From positions 31,868,001-31,932,000 of the forward strand of contig OX597817.1 of assembly GCA_951406725.2 (NCBI GenBank): a stretch of 64,000 bases of DNA, written 5' to 3'. Origin of the DNA: Octopus vulgaris. Lineage: Eukaryota. Positions 1 to 12,764 of this stretch are shown one piece after another. Under the pieces are notes generated by a model. It made no database searches and was not told the origin of the DNA. It saw only the letters and a program-made list of their open reading frames with translations. The stretch's first letter is position 1; each line of letters starts with the position of its first letter. A program made the position numbers and the translations under genes.

Positions 1-392
1 ACAAGGCAAATTCGAGAAAAGTAATCGATATAATGGGCCCGAGAATTTGAGTGGTACTTTATTTTATGGACCCCGAAAGAATGAAAGGAAAAGTAGACCT
101 TGTCGGGATTTGAATCAGAACATACAGAGCTGGAACAAATACCGGAAAGAATTTTTTTCCATTGCCCGAATGATTCTGTCAGCTCACCGTTTCTGCATAA
201 TAAAATGCAATAACTCTTTCTACGCTAGAATTTTAAAGGAGGAGGATAGTAAATTAAATCGATCCCAGTACTCAACTGCTACTTATTTCATCAATCTCGG
301 AAGGATGAAAGGCAATGTCGACCTCGGCGGAAATTGAACTCAGAACGAAATGCTACTAAGCATTTTGTCCTGCGTGTTAACGATTTTGAGAG

Positions 393-417
393 AATAATGA
401 TGATGATGATGATGATG

Positions 418-500
<83 letters not shown>

Positions 501-550
501 GATGATAATCATGATGATGATGATGATGATGATGATAATCATGATGATGA
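393..550. repeat. Compound (ATG)n/(ATA)n microsatellite
   Basis: Direct reading; lies between Nin/Deu-domain SINE copies, possibly a SINE tail. Confidence 0.95.
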
Positions 551-551
551 T

Positions 552-739
552 CCTTTCTATTATAAGCACAAGGCCCGAGGTTTCGAGGGAGTAAACTTGT
601 CGATTATATCGATCCCAGAATTTCACTGGTATTTAACTCATCGACCCCGAAAGGATGAAAGGCAAAGACGACCTCGCCGGAATTGGAACTCAGAACGCAG
701 CGACGGGCAAAATACCTATTTCTATTTCTTTACTACCCA
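552..739 (-). mobile_element. tRNA-derived SINE with Nin/Deu-like domain (family 2), partial; further degenerate copies at ~1-190 and ~245-390
   Basis: Contains TCGACCCCGAAAGGATGAAAGGCAAAG..GACCTCG..GGAATTGGAACTCAGAACG, repeated many times in the window. Confidence 0.8.
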
Positions 740-754
740 CATTCCTTAACTATT

Positions 755-853
755 GTATGAAGTGCCTTGCTCAAGAACAAAACGATCCGGGAACTGAACT
801 CACTACCTCATGATTGTGAGCCCGAGGCTCTAACCACTGAGCCATGCGCCTTC
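755..853 (-). mobile_element. 5' (tRNA-like) fragment of SINE family 4
   Basis: Reverse complement GGCGCATGGCTCAGTGGTTAGAG...GAGTTCAGTTCC...TTCTTGAGCAAGGCACTT: box A/B plus the CTTGAGCAAG motif shared with 16495 and 42871. Confidence 0.65.
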
Positions 854-915
854 ACACACACACACACACACATACACACGTATGTGTGTGTGTAACATAT
901 ATATGTTTGGATTAA

Positions 916-1309
916 CTCTTTTACTGGCTTCAGTCATTTGACTGCGGCCATGCTGGAGCACTACTTTTAGTCGAGCAACTCGACCCTGGGACTTATTCTT
1001 TGTAAGCCCAGTACGTATTCTATCGGTCTCTTTTGCCGAACCGCTAGGTGACGGCGACGTAAACACACCAGCATCGGTTGTCAAGCAATGCTAGGGAGAC
1101 AAACACAGACACACAAACACATACACATATATATATATACATATACATATATACGACAGGCTTCTTTCAGTTTCCGTCTACCAAATCCACTCACAAGGCA
1201 TTGATCGGCCCGGGGCTATAGCAGAAGACACATGCCCAAGATGCCACGCAGTGGGACTGAACCCGGAACCATGTTGCTGGTAAGCAAGCTACTTACCACA
1301 CAGCCACTC
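916..1309 (-). mobile_element. Near full-length tRNA-derived SINE (family 1, octopus OR/OK-like)
   Basis: Minus strand starts AGTGGCTGTGTGGTAAG (box A)...GGTTCAGTCCC (box B), has an internal (CA)/(TA) tract and ends ...CCAGCATGGCCGCAGTCAAATGACTGAAGCCAGTAAAAGAG; about 10 copies in the window. Confidence 0.9.
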
Positions 1310-1310
1310 A

Positions 1311-1346
<36 letters not shown>

Positions 1347-1369
1347 TGTATGTATGTATGTATGTATGT

Positions 1370-1398
1370 ATCTCTCTCCACCACTTATCTCTATTTCC

Positions 1399-1434
<36 letters not shown>

Positions 1435-2830
1435 CTCTCTCTTTCACCTCCTCTCCTCGTGTCCTTCTATCGTCGTTATTTGACGTTCACACTCTTTCTC
1501 CCTCCCTCCCTCTTCAAACCTTTCTATATCTCAGCTCCTAACAACTCTCTCTCTCTCCCTTCCCCCCTTTCGCTCTCACAGTTATTCTTCCTTTCTCTCT
1601 TTAGCACCCCTCTCTCTCTTTCCGTCTCTTTCTTACACCTCTTTCTTCACTTTCTCCTCACTAGTATATATTTTTACCCTCAACTGCTGTTCATTTGCTC
1701 CAACTTTCATAACTCCCACGTTTTTTTTTTAGTTTGTTTGTTTCTGCGATTTTTATTTACTAGATTTCTTTTTGCTTTTGATTGATATTTATTTTTTCCC
1801 CCCTTTCTGTTATCACTTTCCATCTCTCTCCCTCTTTCACTCCCATCCCCCCTCTCTCTCTCTCTCTCTCTCTTTCTCTCTTTCCCTTTCTCTTGTTTCT
1901 TAAGTTCCTCTTTCTTCGTTTTCTTCCTCTCTCTTTTCTGCACGTTTAACTCCTCCCTCTGTTTCCCTCCATTTTTTTTTCTTTTACTCCTCCCTGCAAT
2001 TCTTTTTTTCTTTTGCTTCTTCTTCTTCTTCTTCTTCTTCTTCTTCTTCTTCTTCTTCTTCTTCTTCTTCTTTTGCTTCTTCTTCTTCTTCTTCTTCTTC
2101 TTCTTCTTTTGCTTCTTCTTCTTCTTTTTCTTCTTCTTCTTCTTCGCCTTCTTCTTCTTCTTCTCCTCCTCCTTCTCCTTTTTCTTCTTTCTTACTTTCT
2201 TTCTTTCTTCCTCTCACCCCCCCTCCCATTATTATCCTTAATCCTTTCCAGCTCACGTTCTCACCACCATCCTTCAGACGAAAACTCCCCCTCCCCACCA
2301 CCACCACCACACCCCCTCTGCCAGCCAGCCAACACCCCCACCACACCCCCTCTGCCAGCCAGCCAACACCCCACCACACCCCCACCTTTTCCCTCCCTCC
2401 CTCCCTTCCCCTACTTTCACACTTGCAAATACTCAATTACTTCTTTTCTTTTCTATTCTTTCTTTTACTCTTTTTTTTTCCTCTTTCTCTTTCTCTAACT
2501 TTTTTCCGTTCAGACTTAAGTAATTCTATCGTCTTTGAGACGAAAATCGTAATGAAAAGCACCAGTAACGGCACGGTCGTTGTCCCACCACGTCTGTTTG
2601 CTGGCTTGCCTGTCTGTCTGTCTGTTCGTCTTTAAATCTCATCCCTTACTTATTTAATTCATTGACTTTCTCTTTATTATCTATCTCCCCTTTTTTTTCT
2701 TTTTTCACTCTCCCTGTGATCCCTTCTTCCCTATTCCTTGTTATTTTTCCTTTTTTTTCTTTCTTTCTTCATCTTTCTCTTTCATTTTCCCTGGTTTTTT
2801 TTTTGGTTTTTTTTTTCTTGTCTTTTATTC
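1370..2830 (+). repeat. Long polypyrimidine region: (CT)n, (CTT)n at ~2016-2175, C-rich block 2215-2410 with a 34-bp tandem duplication (2307-2373)
   Basis: Direct reading; strong pyrimidine strand bias. Confidence 0.9.
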
Positions 2831-3777
2831 AAACTAAACGTCCATCAAAAAGACTTCCTGAAAAAATCTCTCAACCAAAAAAAAAAAAAAAAAATTCAAA
2901 AACAGAAAAATACGAGAAAAGAAAGCAATATATATCTGGATACACACACACACATACACGTACATACACATACATGCACAAGACACACGTGTGTGAATCT
3001 GTGTGTGTTTATATATGTACATATAGCCTGAGGGATATCTATCTTTACCGTTCTCCCACTGTGATGATTGCAGATAAACAAGAAGGCTTTCCCTTAATCA
3101 CAAGGGTGAGGAGGAGAAGTCTTATGCTTTTCACAACATTACGCACCCTTCTATGATAAAGAAGAGTTTTATTTTATATTTTATCCATTATTTCTATTTT
3201 AAAGATTTTTTTTTTGTTTTTGAAAAAAAAAAAAAAGTATTTTTACTGAAAGTTTTTTCGGAAAGTTTTTATTGTTTTTTTTTCACACTCGTTGCTACCT
3301 CGTATTTCTCTGAAACCGATATCGCTGAATATAATTTTACAAACTCGGACCGACAAGTTTGATGGCACCAACACAGATGTCAATGATGTTTATTACTACA
3401 AGTACCTGTTCACATGTACGATGTTGCTATTTCATAGCTGACGTACTTTCACATAAGTTTCCATAATCGTTTGCGGAATAAACAACCACGCGAACACACA
3501 CACACACACACACACCCATTTAGCTTGTTTCAACCTGGTTTGACACTTGTAAAGGTAACAAACAGATTTACTTACATACCATCTTTTATTTTAGTGTTAT
3601 TTATTGATTTTAACTTCATTAAAAAAAACACCAATTACATCCATCATAAGACATACAACTACACATCCACACAAGCACACGATCATACGCACATACACGT
3701 AAAATCGAAACACTCAGAATCATTTCATATTTTGAATATTTATTATTGTAAATAATAATAGTAATCATTATTAATTA

Positions 3778-3856
<79 letters not shown>

Positions 3857-3890
3857 CATTATTATTAATTATTATTATCATTATTATTAT
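3778..3890. repeat. (TTA)n microsatellite
   Basis: Direct reading. Confidence 0.95.
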
Positions 3891-4823
3891 TACAGTTGCT
3901 GCTGTTGTTTTTATAAGTCAGGAAGTTTCATATGTTTGTTTGTTTGTTTGTTTTTTATTGTATTTATTAGAAAAAAGTTTGAAATTCTTCGAATGCATAC
4001 AAACTACTCTTGTGTGTTTCCATATATTTCTGTGCTTCTCTGTGTATATAACTGTATATGTGTATAAATATGTACTGCTGTGTCTCTGAATGTTTGTATA
4101 TATGTAAGAGTTAAGGTTTCTATGCATCAAAATCTCGGTTGGTTTAAGATTGGCGGAATCATCATTTCAAATATGTAAACAACACCAACAGCAACAGCAG
4201 CAGCAGCAACAACAACAACAATAACAGAAACAACAGCATACTCTATTCAGACAGAAATTGCTTCACATAACATTCTTTTACTGGTAATTCTGATTCGCGT
4301 GTTTGTGTGCGTGTGTGTATCTGTACGTCTGTTTGTCTGTCATTATATATATATATATCTATATTTATTTATATTTACACACATAAATGCATGCCTACGT
4401 GTAAATACATGCACGTGTACATACATACATACATACATACTCACACACACACACACAGCAGTAAATGTAAGTACACATTTTAATAAACATGCGTGTGCGT
4501 GTATGTTTTACTTTTGTTGAGGAATATAGTTTTGAATTTAAAACTACTTCGATACTTATGTAAAAAAAATATAGATACATGAATATATACAAGCGTACAT
4601 AAATCCATTTATAAATACATACATACGTACGCACTAACATATATATATATGACGTGTGTGGTATTATGTATGTATTTATATTTATATATGATTAATTACA
4701 TAGTTGTTATTATAAGTTATAATTTATCATAGATTTTTAATATATTTGAAAAGGAAAAAATATACGTGCCTAATAAGTACACACACAAAAACACATAAAT
4801 ATATTCAAATATTGCCTTGAAAA

Positions 4824-5511
4824 ATGGATCAACGGATGTACGGAATGAATGCCCCGGCTCTGCACCATTATCCCGCCACATTCCCAACGACATATGGCTT
4901 GGCACAGTCTTTCCAAAGACAAACGCCGTTTTCTTCCATGTACGGAGCTGCCGGACTGGGAAACAGTGGACTTGGATATTCAGCTCACCAAGCAGCATCC
5001 GAATGGGGTTTCCACCATGGTACATCAAACTTATCCATGAACCTGAACGGAGGACTTAACGGGAGTTGTGCAGCGGCCGCGGCCGCGAACTTTTTATCGT
5101 CAAGAGACTCGGTGGTGGCACAGGAGTACTTTACAAATGCCGCCAACTCAGCGTCACAAGTGGCCGGACCGCTGTCCTCAGTGATGACAGGGAGTATGCT
5201 GTCGTCGGTGAAGAGCATGACCAACGGTAGTGTCGGTGGCGGAGGAGGCGGTGGTGGTGGAGGTGGAGGCGGTGGAAACGGTGCAAGTGACGGTAGTGGT
5301 GGAGGCAGCGGCAGTGGTGGTGCCGGTGGTGGCCTTGGCTCAGGTGTCGCTGGACACGTTTCTGGACATAGCCTCGTTGGTGGAGGTGCCAATTCTGTAC
5401 CGTATTGTGATTCCATCAATTCCTCCAGTTACGCCACCCCTTTCTCCGCCATCCACCCCGTTTCATTAGCCATGCAATCAGCCACAACCAACATCTCATC
5501 AAAATCATCAG
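4824..5511 (+). CDS. Probable first coding exon (229 codons + 1 nt) of a transcription-factor-like gene; low-complexity N-terminus (MDQRMYGMNAP..., poly-Ala, poly-Gly); DNA-binding domain not in this exon
   Basis: The only long GC-rich non-repeat ORF. ATG in strong context aaaATGg (4824). Ends at canonical donor CAG|GTAAGC (exon end 5511, phase 1), after which composition drops to AT-rich. S/G/A/Y/P-rich content with homopolymer runs is typical of homeobox-class TF N-termini (inference; family not identifiable). Confidence 0.8.
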
Positions 5512-5517
5512 GTAAGC
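5512..5517 (+). other. 5' splice donor GTAAGC
   Basis: TCAG|GTAAGC matches the AG|GTAAGT consensus at the composition boundary. Confidence 0.8.
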
Positions 5518-6769
5518 AAAATACTATATTGATTTATTAATTATCTATTGATTTTCTCTGTTAATTCTGTTCTGGTTGTTCATCATATATGCACATCAAA
5601 TTCTCCTACCTTTTTATTCATTTTATCTGGACAATATATTCATTGGTCACCTTGATGTCTATGGTTGCATGTAGTGATAAATGTCACCCTTCCAAAATAT
5701 ACACCACTATAAGAGATGTTGTCACAGTGACAAGACTAAAAATAACGAATTAATATGTTACCATAGTAACAGAAGTTGTAATAAAAAGATTTTTAATAAT
5801 AAGTATTGCCATAATAACTTGTGATGATAAAATTGTAAATGGCAGTAGATGTTTTCAAAGAAACTTACAATGATAAAACAATTTTAAATGACAATATATA
5901 TTGCAATATCTAGATATGGTCTAATGAAACAATGTCTGTCATAGATATTGCAATACTGATAGATAAAAATGGTTCTTAGAATACCAATAGAGAAACATGT
6001 TAGTGAGACAATAACAGACAATGAGATAATGCCTTGAAATTGTTGCAAATATCACCAATAGAAAATGGTACTGCTTTAAAATTAAAATTATAGAATTCAG
6101 TTGAGCAGAGGATGAATTGTTTCTATGATAACAGGAATAATGTGCTGCAAAATACGTTCTTTAAGCTCTTCTGCCGTTCGATTATATTACACCAAATATT
6201 AGAAATCCTTATTCTTGACTTCAGTACGATTGAAATAGTGGAGGCGATGTAACCGTCTGCTTCTTCTTCCATAACTTGTGACCATGAGTCTATTTCGGTA
6301 ACCGTAATTTCACGCTGAAAGAGTACATACACCAATAAAAGAATTGCTAATTATCAATATTATGGACGAGGCAACAGAAATATTCCGACAAAACATGTCA
6401 CATTCATGTTTGATTACCTGTTAATAGCTACTACATATCATTTTTATCAATTATCACCAGGAGAACAAGAAGAATGTCAGATTTCATGTCCCCCATTCGC
6501 CTAAAATTCTTGCATTTTTGTTCGTCCGGAGAAAACACCATAAACCGACTCATCTATTGTATTTTCCTTGTCATACACTTTTTTTATCTGATGAAACCTT
6601 TATATTTACAAAATACATTAAATAAGTATGTGTGAGCTGTATCAAGTCTCTATTTTAAAGATTACTCTAAAAGATACTATATACTTCAGGACAAAAGGTG
6701 TCGCTATTCTGCAGTTACGCTTTACTTTCACTTTCAATATGGTAGGGTTATTTTCTACTCTGTTTCAAA

Positions 6770-6771
6770 TG

Positions 6772-6803
<32 letters not shown>

Positions 6804-7035
6804 TGTATGTATGTATGTATGTATGTATGTATGTATGTATGTATGTATGTATGTATGTATGTATGTATGTATGTATGTATGTATGTATGTATGTATGTAT
6901 GTATATGTATGTATGTATGCATGCATGTATGTATGTATGTATGTATGTATGTATGTATGTATGTATGTATGTATGCATGCATATATTTATGTATGTATGT
7001 ATGTATGTATCTATGTATCTATGTATGCATGCATG
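6770..7035. repeat. (TATG)n microsatellite
   Basis: Direct reading. Confidence 0.95.
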
Positions 7036-7509
7036 TATATAGTTTGTTATGGTTTATATGTATAATTTACAAATGTTTTTAATGAAGTTTCAGTAGAGGT
7101 GATGGTGGGGGCATTCTTTCATTGATGTCGTGAAATTTTCTTTTCTTTGTTGATGATGTATTTTTCTGGGGTTTTTTTATTCTACTTGCTGGGACTGAAG
7201 AAAAAAAACAGTACCCATGGCTTTTGCAGGTCCTCATAAAACCGGTGAGATTGGTGCCATTAACATTCATTATTTCTTTTAAACATTCGTAAATCAACAC
7301 GTGTAGGAATAGAACGAGCAAGAAGGGAATTCTAGAGTGATGATTTTCTATGATGAAGGGATTTGTGGTAGGGATTTGTGCGGAGCTTGGGGGTGCTGGA
7401 CACAAAAAGAAGTGCTGAGAGGAGCAGAAACGAGAGGGAAAAATGACTGAGCAGGGGGTTTTGTAGAATGCGTAGTTATTCTCATCATTGCATCAATAAC
7501 AATAGTAAT

Positions 7510-8005
7510 TCTTCTAATTTCTGGTCAGCAATTTTAGGGAATGGAGAAAGTCGACTACATTGAGACTATCACTTGACTGGCATATTATTTTATCGACCTC
7601 GAAATGATGAAAGGCAAAGTTGACCTTGGCAGCATTTGTTCTCAGAACGTTAAATGCCGATTAGCATTTTGTTCGACTCGCAAACGATTATGACAGCTAG
7701 CTGCCTTAACAATCGTAATTATTATTATTAGCCTGAAGAATGTTTCCTTGGTCTAATAGTTATGCTCAGCTGATACGTTCTTAAATTCCCCAGCGAAGTT
7801 GCTGTGTTAAACAACATCAGCAACAACAACAATGGTAACAATAATAATCATTTCTGTTATAGGCATAAGACCTGGAATATTGGGAAAGGGAGCTAGTCGA
7901 TTACATTGACCTCAGTACTTAACTTGTACTTATTTTATCGACCACGGAGGAATTTGAACTCAGTACGCACAGCATTTTGTCCGGCATGCTAACAATTCTA
8001 CCAAG
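7510..8005 (-). mobile_element. Two degenerate family-2 SINE copies (~7510-7710, ~7850-8005)
   Basis: TATCGACCTCGAAATGATGAAAGGCAAAGTTGACC and GAATTTGAACTCAG motifs. Confidence 0.7.
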
Positions 8006-9134
8006 TAATGATAATAATAAACACAACAATAATGATGGTCGTGGTTGTGATGATGATGATGGTGGTGGTCGTGGTGGTGGTGGTGGTGAGGAGGAGGAGG
8101 AGGAGGAGGAAGGAAGAAGAAGAAGAAGAGGAGGAAGAGGATTTCTATTTCATAACTCGAATGGTTTGAGCATAGCATAAGAAATAATTATTGTTTTTTA
8201 TAAGGCAACTCTGCAATATTATTATTAGGCAAGAGCGAAATTAACTTTAGCAAACATCAAATATCAGTCACAAGGGGTGCAAAAATCGATCATTAAAACG
8301 ATTTTCAAATATTCTTTTTCAAAAAGTATATGTAAGGAAAACTGGTCACAATCAGGTCAAAATAAACTAAGCAAGAAGAAATCGTGTGATCATGCGATTG
8401 TGTCTAAACGCAAGACTGACACGAAAATATTTTCACTTTCCAGTTGTGTAATACCTGTAACATAGATACAATACACTGCATTGTCGAATACTAAATTTCC
8501 AAAATCATTTTAAAATGAGATTAGCAGGAAATTAATACGATAAGATCCCATACACATTTGAATTAAGACTAAAATAAGAAACTTGACATGCTTATTACGC
8601 CATAGGAAGGTATCTCTTCTTCCATAGAAATCCCCGGACGCTACAATACAGACCTTGTAAAAGTAAAATGATGATATGGTAAAATCAGTCTGCTTAAAAT
8701 GTAAGAAGGCCCCTTGAGATTTGGTTGGCAATTTTCCTTGAATGAGTGCCCCACCTACCAAAAGTAACAGTGGTTGTTTACCTGAGAGGATTATATTTTA
8801 AAATAATGATATTAAAAGTATACCTGGAAAAAAAAAAGTAACGTCAGCCTTATGCACTTTGCTATGACGAAAGGGAATGTACGGTGTAATGGAAGAGGTA
8901 AAGCAATGAATCGAATTGAAGGAATAGAAAATATTTATTGACATATGCACGAAGCCAATATTGAACTGATGTTTTTTTCACGACACTTGAATGCTGAAAG
9001 CCAGACTTGACCATGACAACAATTTAACTCGGAGGGTAAAGTTTCGTAACTGAAGTTACAAGGATGCAATTTTTCTTATTTTCTTCCGATTCTGCCAACC
9101 CCCTACCTTTAAAGTCTTTAAAAATAAACTTTTC

Positions 9135-9549
9135 TACAAGAAGCGCAAGGCCTGGAAATTTTTAAGGAATGGGGTTAGTCAAACATCAATCCCAGTGCTC
9201 AATCGGTTCTTATTTCATCGACCCCAAAAGGACTTCGGTGGTATTTGAACTCAGAATGTAAAACCGGAAGAAGTGCTTCCAATCATTTTATCCGGCGTGG
9301 TAACGATTCTTATTTCTGTATTGCCCACAAGGGGCTAAACACAGAGGGGACAAACAAGGACAGACAACATCGACCGACAAACAAGGACAGACTACATCGA
9401 CCCCAGTGCGTAACTGGTGCTTAATTTATCGACCCCGAAAGGATGAAAGGCAAAGTCGACCTCGGCAGAATTGGAACTCAGAACGTAACAGCAGGCGAAA
9501 TACCGCTAAGCATTTTGCCCGACGTGGTAACGATTCTGCCAACTCACCA
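9135..9549 (-). mobile_element. Two adjacent family-2 SINE copies (~9135-9310, 9312-9549)
   Basis: The second copy closely matches 16162-16390 (CCCACAAGGGGCTAAAC...GACCCCGAAAGGATGAAAGG...). Confidence 0.85.
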
Positions 9550-10189
9550 CCAAGAATATTTTAAAATAATGAAGGCGAATTCTACCAATAACTGAACTTT
9601 GTCCATGAACTTCAGGCAAGTGAGGAATAACTCCCCGAAGAAGGACGAAACAATATGTACCACACTCAGTACAGCTGAATTGGCGGGAAATGAATGATTA
9701 CCGACTGTATTGTGGATATTAATTGGACACTGTGGAAATACCTTAATTAACAGAAAACCAATTAGCTTAATTAACAGCAGAAGCAAAGTCACATTCAATG
9801 AATAAGAACTCCTCCAGTGTTACCCTATGTGAGTATGACACAGAATCACTAAACTATAAAACATCTGTTGAGATACTATCAAATAGAAAAGCCATGCGCT
9901 TTCTGCTGATAGTACAATGTACATTGAACAAGCAAAGAAATATGTCCAGCTTTGTCTGCACAAAAATTTACCAGAATGTCAAGTGGAATCAGTTGGAAAG
10001 CAAATGACGGATACAAGAATTAGAGATAAATTTGAAAAGGACAAAATCAAAATAAACTACAACCATAACAAAAATAACAATCAATAAAAGGAGAATTACA
10101 CTCCAGTTTCAGAGAAAACATAGTTATTATTTCGTTTTGGGATTTGGTTTGCAAGATTCTTTATGTGAGTTCGTGTGTTGAAGTATATT

Positions 10190-10483
10190 CTGTTGTGTCT
10201 GGGGAGAGTCATTCTCTTTTAGTGCCTTATAATTTAACACACTCACCGGTAAAATTTCCACTTATTTCTTTTTTTATTTTTCTAAAATTTTCGTTGTGCC
10301 TTGCAACCTTTTCAATAGTTTTGACTATTGAAAAGGTTGCATGACTATTGAAAAACTATTGAAAAGTTTGCAAGACGCAACGAAAATTTTGGAAAAATAA
10401 AAAAGAAATAGGTGGAAATTTTACCGGTGAGTGTGTTAAATTGTAAGGCACTAAAAGACAATGACTCTCCCTTGACACAACAG
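10190..10483. repeat. Long inverted repeat (~130-bp arms) with stuttered centre
   Basis: 10190-10322 is the near reverse complement of ~10353-10483. Confidence 0.9.
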
Positions 10484-10494
10484 TTATTGTTTGG

Positions 10495-10800
10495 CTAATG
10501 AAGGATGAATGAATGGGTGTTACAAAAAATAGGTGAAAGACGACAACTCCTGAACGTTGTGATGAAGCAAAAGCTCATGTATTGTCGACATATTCCAATA
10601 AGCAGAAGTCTGCAAGACATTACCAAGGAAGGAAGAGTGGAGGGTTGTAGATCAAGAGGCGCGCAAAGAACGCAATGGACGGACAATATCACGAGCTGGT
10701 TGGACAAGAGTGGTAAGGCAGCTGGAGAACTCGTATTTAATCGGGAAGACTTTCGTTGTAGTAGCATCAATGCGCTGCAGACGTACGATACATGACGACG
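10495..10800 (+). mobile_element. 3' fragment of RTE-clade (BovB-like) LINE ORF
   Basis: Translation NEWVLQKIGERRQLLNVVMKQKLMYCRHI...EGRVEGCRSRGAQRTQWTDNITSW matches the RTE C-terminal pattern GHxxR...GxxxGxRxRGRxxxxWxDxI. Confidence 0.8.
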
Positions 10801-11078
10801 GCAAAAGAAGGAAAAACGTGGTTACTTAGTTTACAAATAATATCGAGTCTAGTAAGGGAGTTGATGGTGGAAGAAACTTGGATACAAGACATATGGAAGC
10901 AGAATACCTATTACCTGAGACATCAGAAGTTCCTACGCAAATAATGATTAACGGATTAACCCCTCTGTATTTCTTCCTTTGCATCATTCAGAAATCCTCA
11001 GAAACTGGGAAAAGTATCAGATTTTGGATTGGCTACCTGAGGTTGACTTCTATTCGGAAGTACCTGATAATATTCAAT

Positions 11079-11255
<177 letters not shown>

Positions 11256-12125
11256 ATAAAACAAGAGAAACTAGAATCTGTTATATGAACTATACTGACA
11301 GTTGTTAAATAGTGCTGGACGAATTGAAAATAGAAGTGATATCTTCTATGATCATCCAGCACCTGCGCTTTTATTTTTTACTACGTTATTCTTACAGACT
11401 CTATAATACAATAGAAGGAACGAGGTGATAATGTAGTGTAAGTGGGAAGATACCATATGTTGGCCATGAATCATATTTGATACAGTCTGTAATGTCTGCG
11501 AGTGTACTCAAAAGAAATTCTAGGAAACAGTCCAGTATTTGGAAAGTGTGTTATGATTGTAAAAAAGAAAAGGATTGAGTTCAAAGGAATCAAACTTCCA
11601 TATAACACGTTAAATTATTGAAAGGAATTAACATAATTGACGGAATCATGGAGAAAAGCGCAAATAAAGAAAAAAAAACTTAATGAAGAGCAGAAAAGTC
11701 AGAAAAAATCTAAGATACAAAACTGGACTTAAGAGACATTATTATAGTTTGTTTTCGCAGCAAGATCTATCCTCACAATCCTTGTCACTACTTGCACAAT
11801 CAGCCCCAAACAAATGTACATATTTTGCATCACATCGGGCCAATACAACATCTTCAAAACACATTCTTTCCTAGTCTATGGAGACAAATACAAAAAAAAG
11901 TAACATCTGCACTCATGCAAATCAGGAATATAAGTTCATTAACCTCAAACAATATGCTGGGATCCACAACACCTATGATAAGAGAAACAGCAAGTGTCAC
12001 ACCCTGAGCGAGCCCACTTTTCTGGCTCAGTTGTAATCACCTCTAGAATCAACAGGCACATTGAGCTAATAACAGAGCTTCACTTAGACGTTTGACCTGC
12101 TAGAAAGAGTCGTCAAATCTCCCCC

Positions 12126-12764
12126 AAATCATACCTGACCGCCTTTTAAAATGATAACGTAGTCTAGAGTACACTATCTCTGAGAAAAGGTCATAGCTGG
12201 AACACATTTGCCATGGGTCACCTTTGTTATTTTTTGTGTAGCCCTAGAACTTACTTGATATTACCTAACAACCACAACCACAACGTAGAGTGAATAATTA
12301 CAGGGTTGCAACATGTATAGACTGTTACACTGCACGATTGCTGGTAGGGATATGGTGCTCAGGGACAAGGCTATATCTACAACACTAGTAGATGGTAATA
12401 TATAATTCATCGTGATGAAAGATATTTCAGAACTATGATTAAAATACCTTAACAAAAGATTCGGCAAGTATACCAGAATATCGATGAGAAATTAAGAAAA
12501 GAAAAATAACTGATTCAGAATAGAAAGGGATTTCATTAAATCCCATTTAGTCCAGCGGATAACTATTTTGGTATAACTATTATTCACTCTACTTCTGTAC
12601 CTACGTCGTAGTTGTGATTGTCGGGTAATCTCAAGTAAGTTCTAGGGCTACACAGAAAATAACATAAGTGACCCATGGCCAAATGTGTTCCAGCTATGAC
12701 CTATTTTCAGAGATAGTGTACTCTAGACTACGTTATCATTTTTAAAGGCGGTCGGGTATGATTT
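12126..12764. repeat. Inverted duplication: arms 12126-12288 and 12601-12764, ~310-bp spacer
   Basis: e.g. ATGATAACGTAGTCTAGAGTACACTATCTC vs GAGATAGTGTACTCTAGACTACGTTATCAT. Confidence 0.9.

Noticed and set aside
4717-5469. ORFs overlapping the main exon in other frames and on the minus strand (e.g. 4985-5419 poly-Pro)
   Set aside because: Shadows of the GC-rich, Gly-rich exon.
4824-5511. Assigning a gene symbol (e.g. a Hox/Mox-class homeobox gene)
   Set aside because: No homeodomain, hexapeptide or other diagnostic motif in the window; this needs a BLAST search.
5512-5540. C-terminal KQNTILIY of the 238-aa ORF
   Set aside because: Read-through past a canonical splice donor into AT-rich intron.
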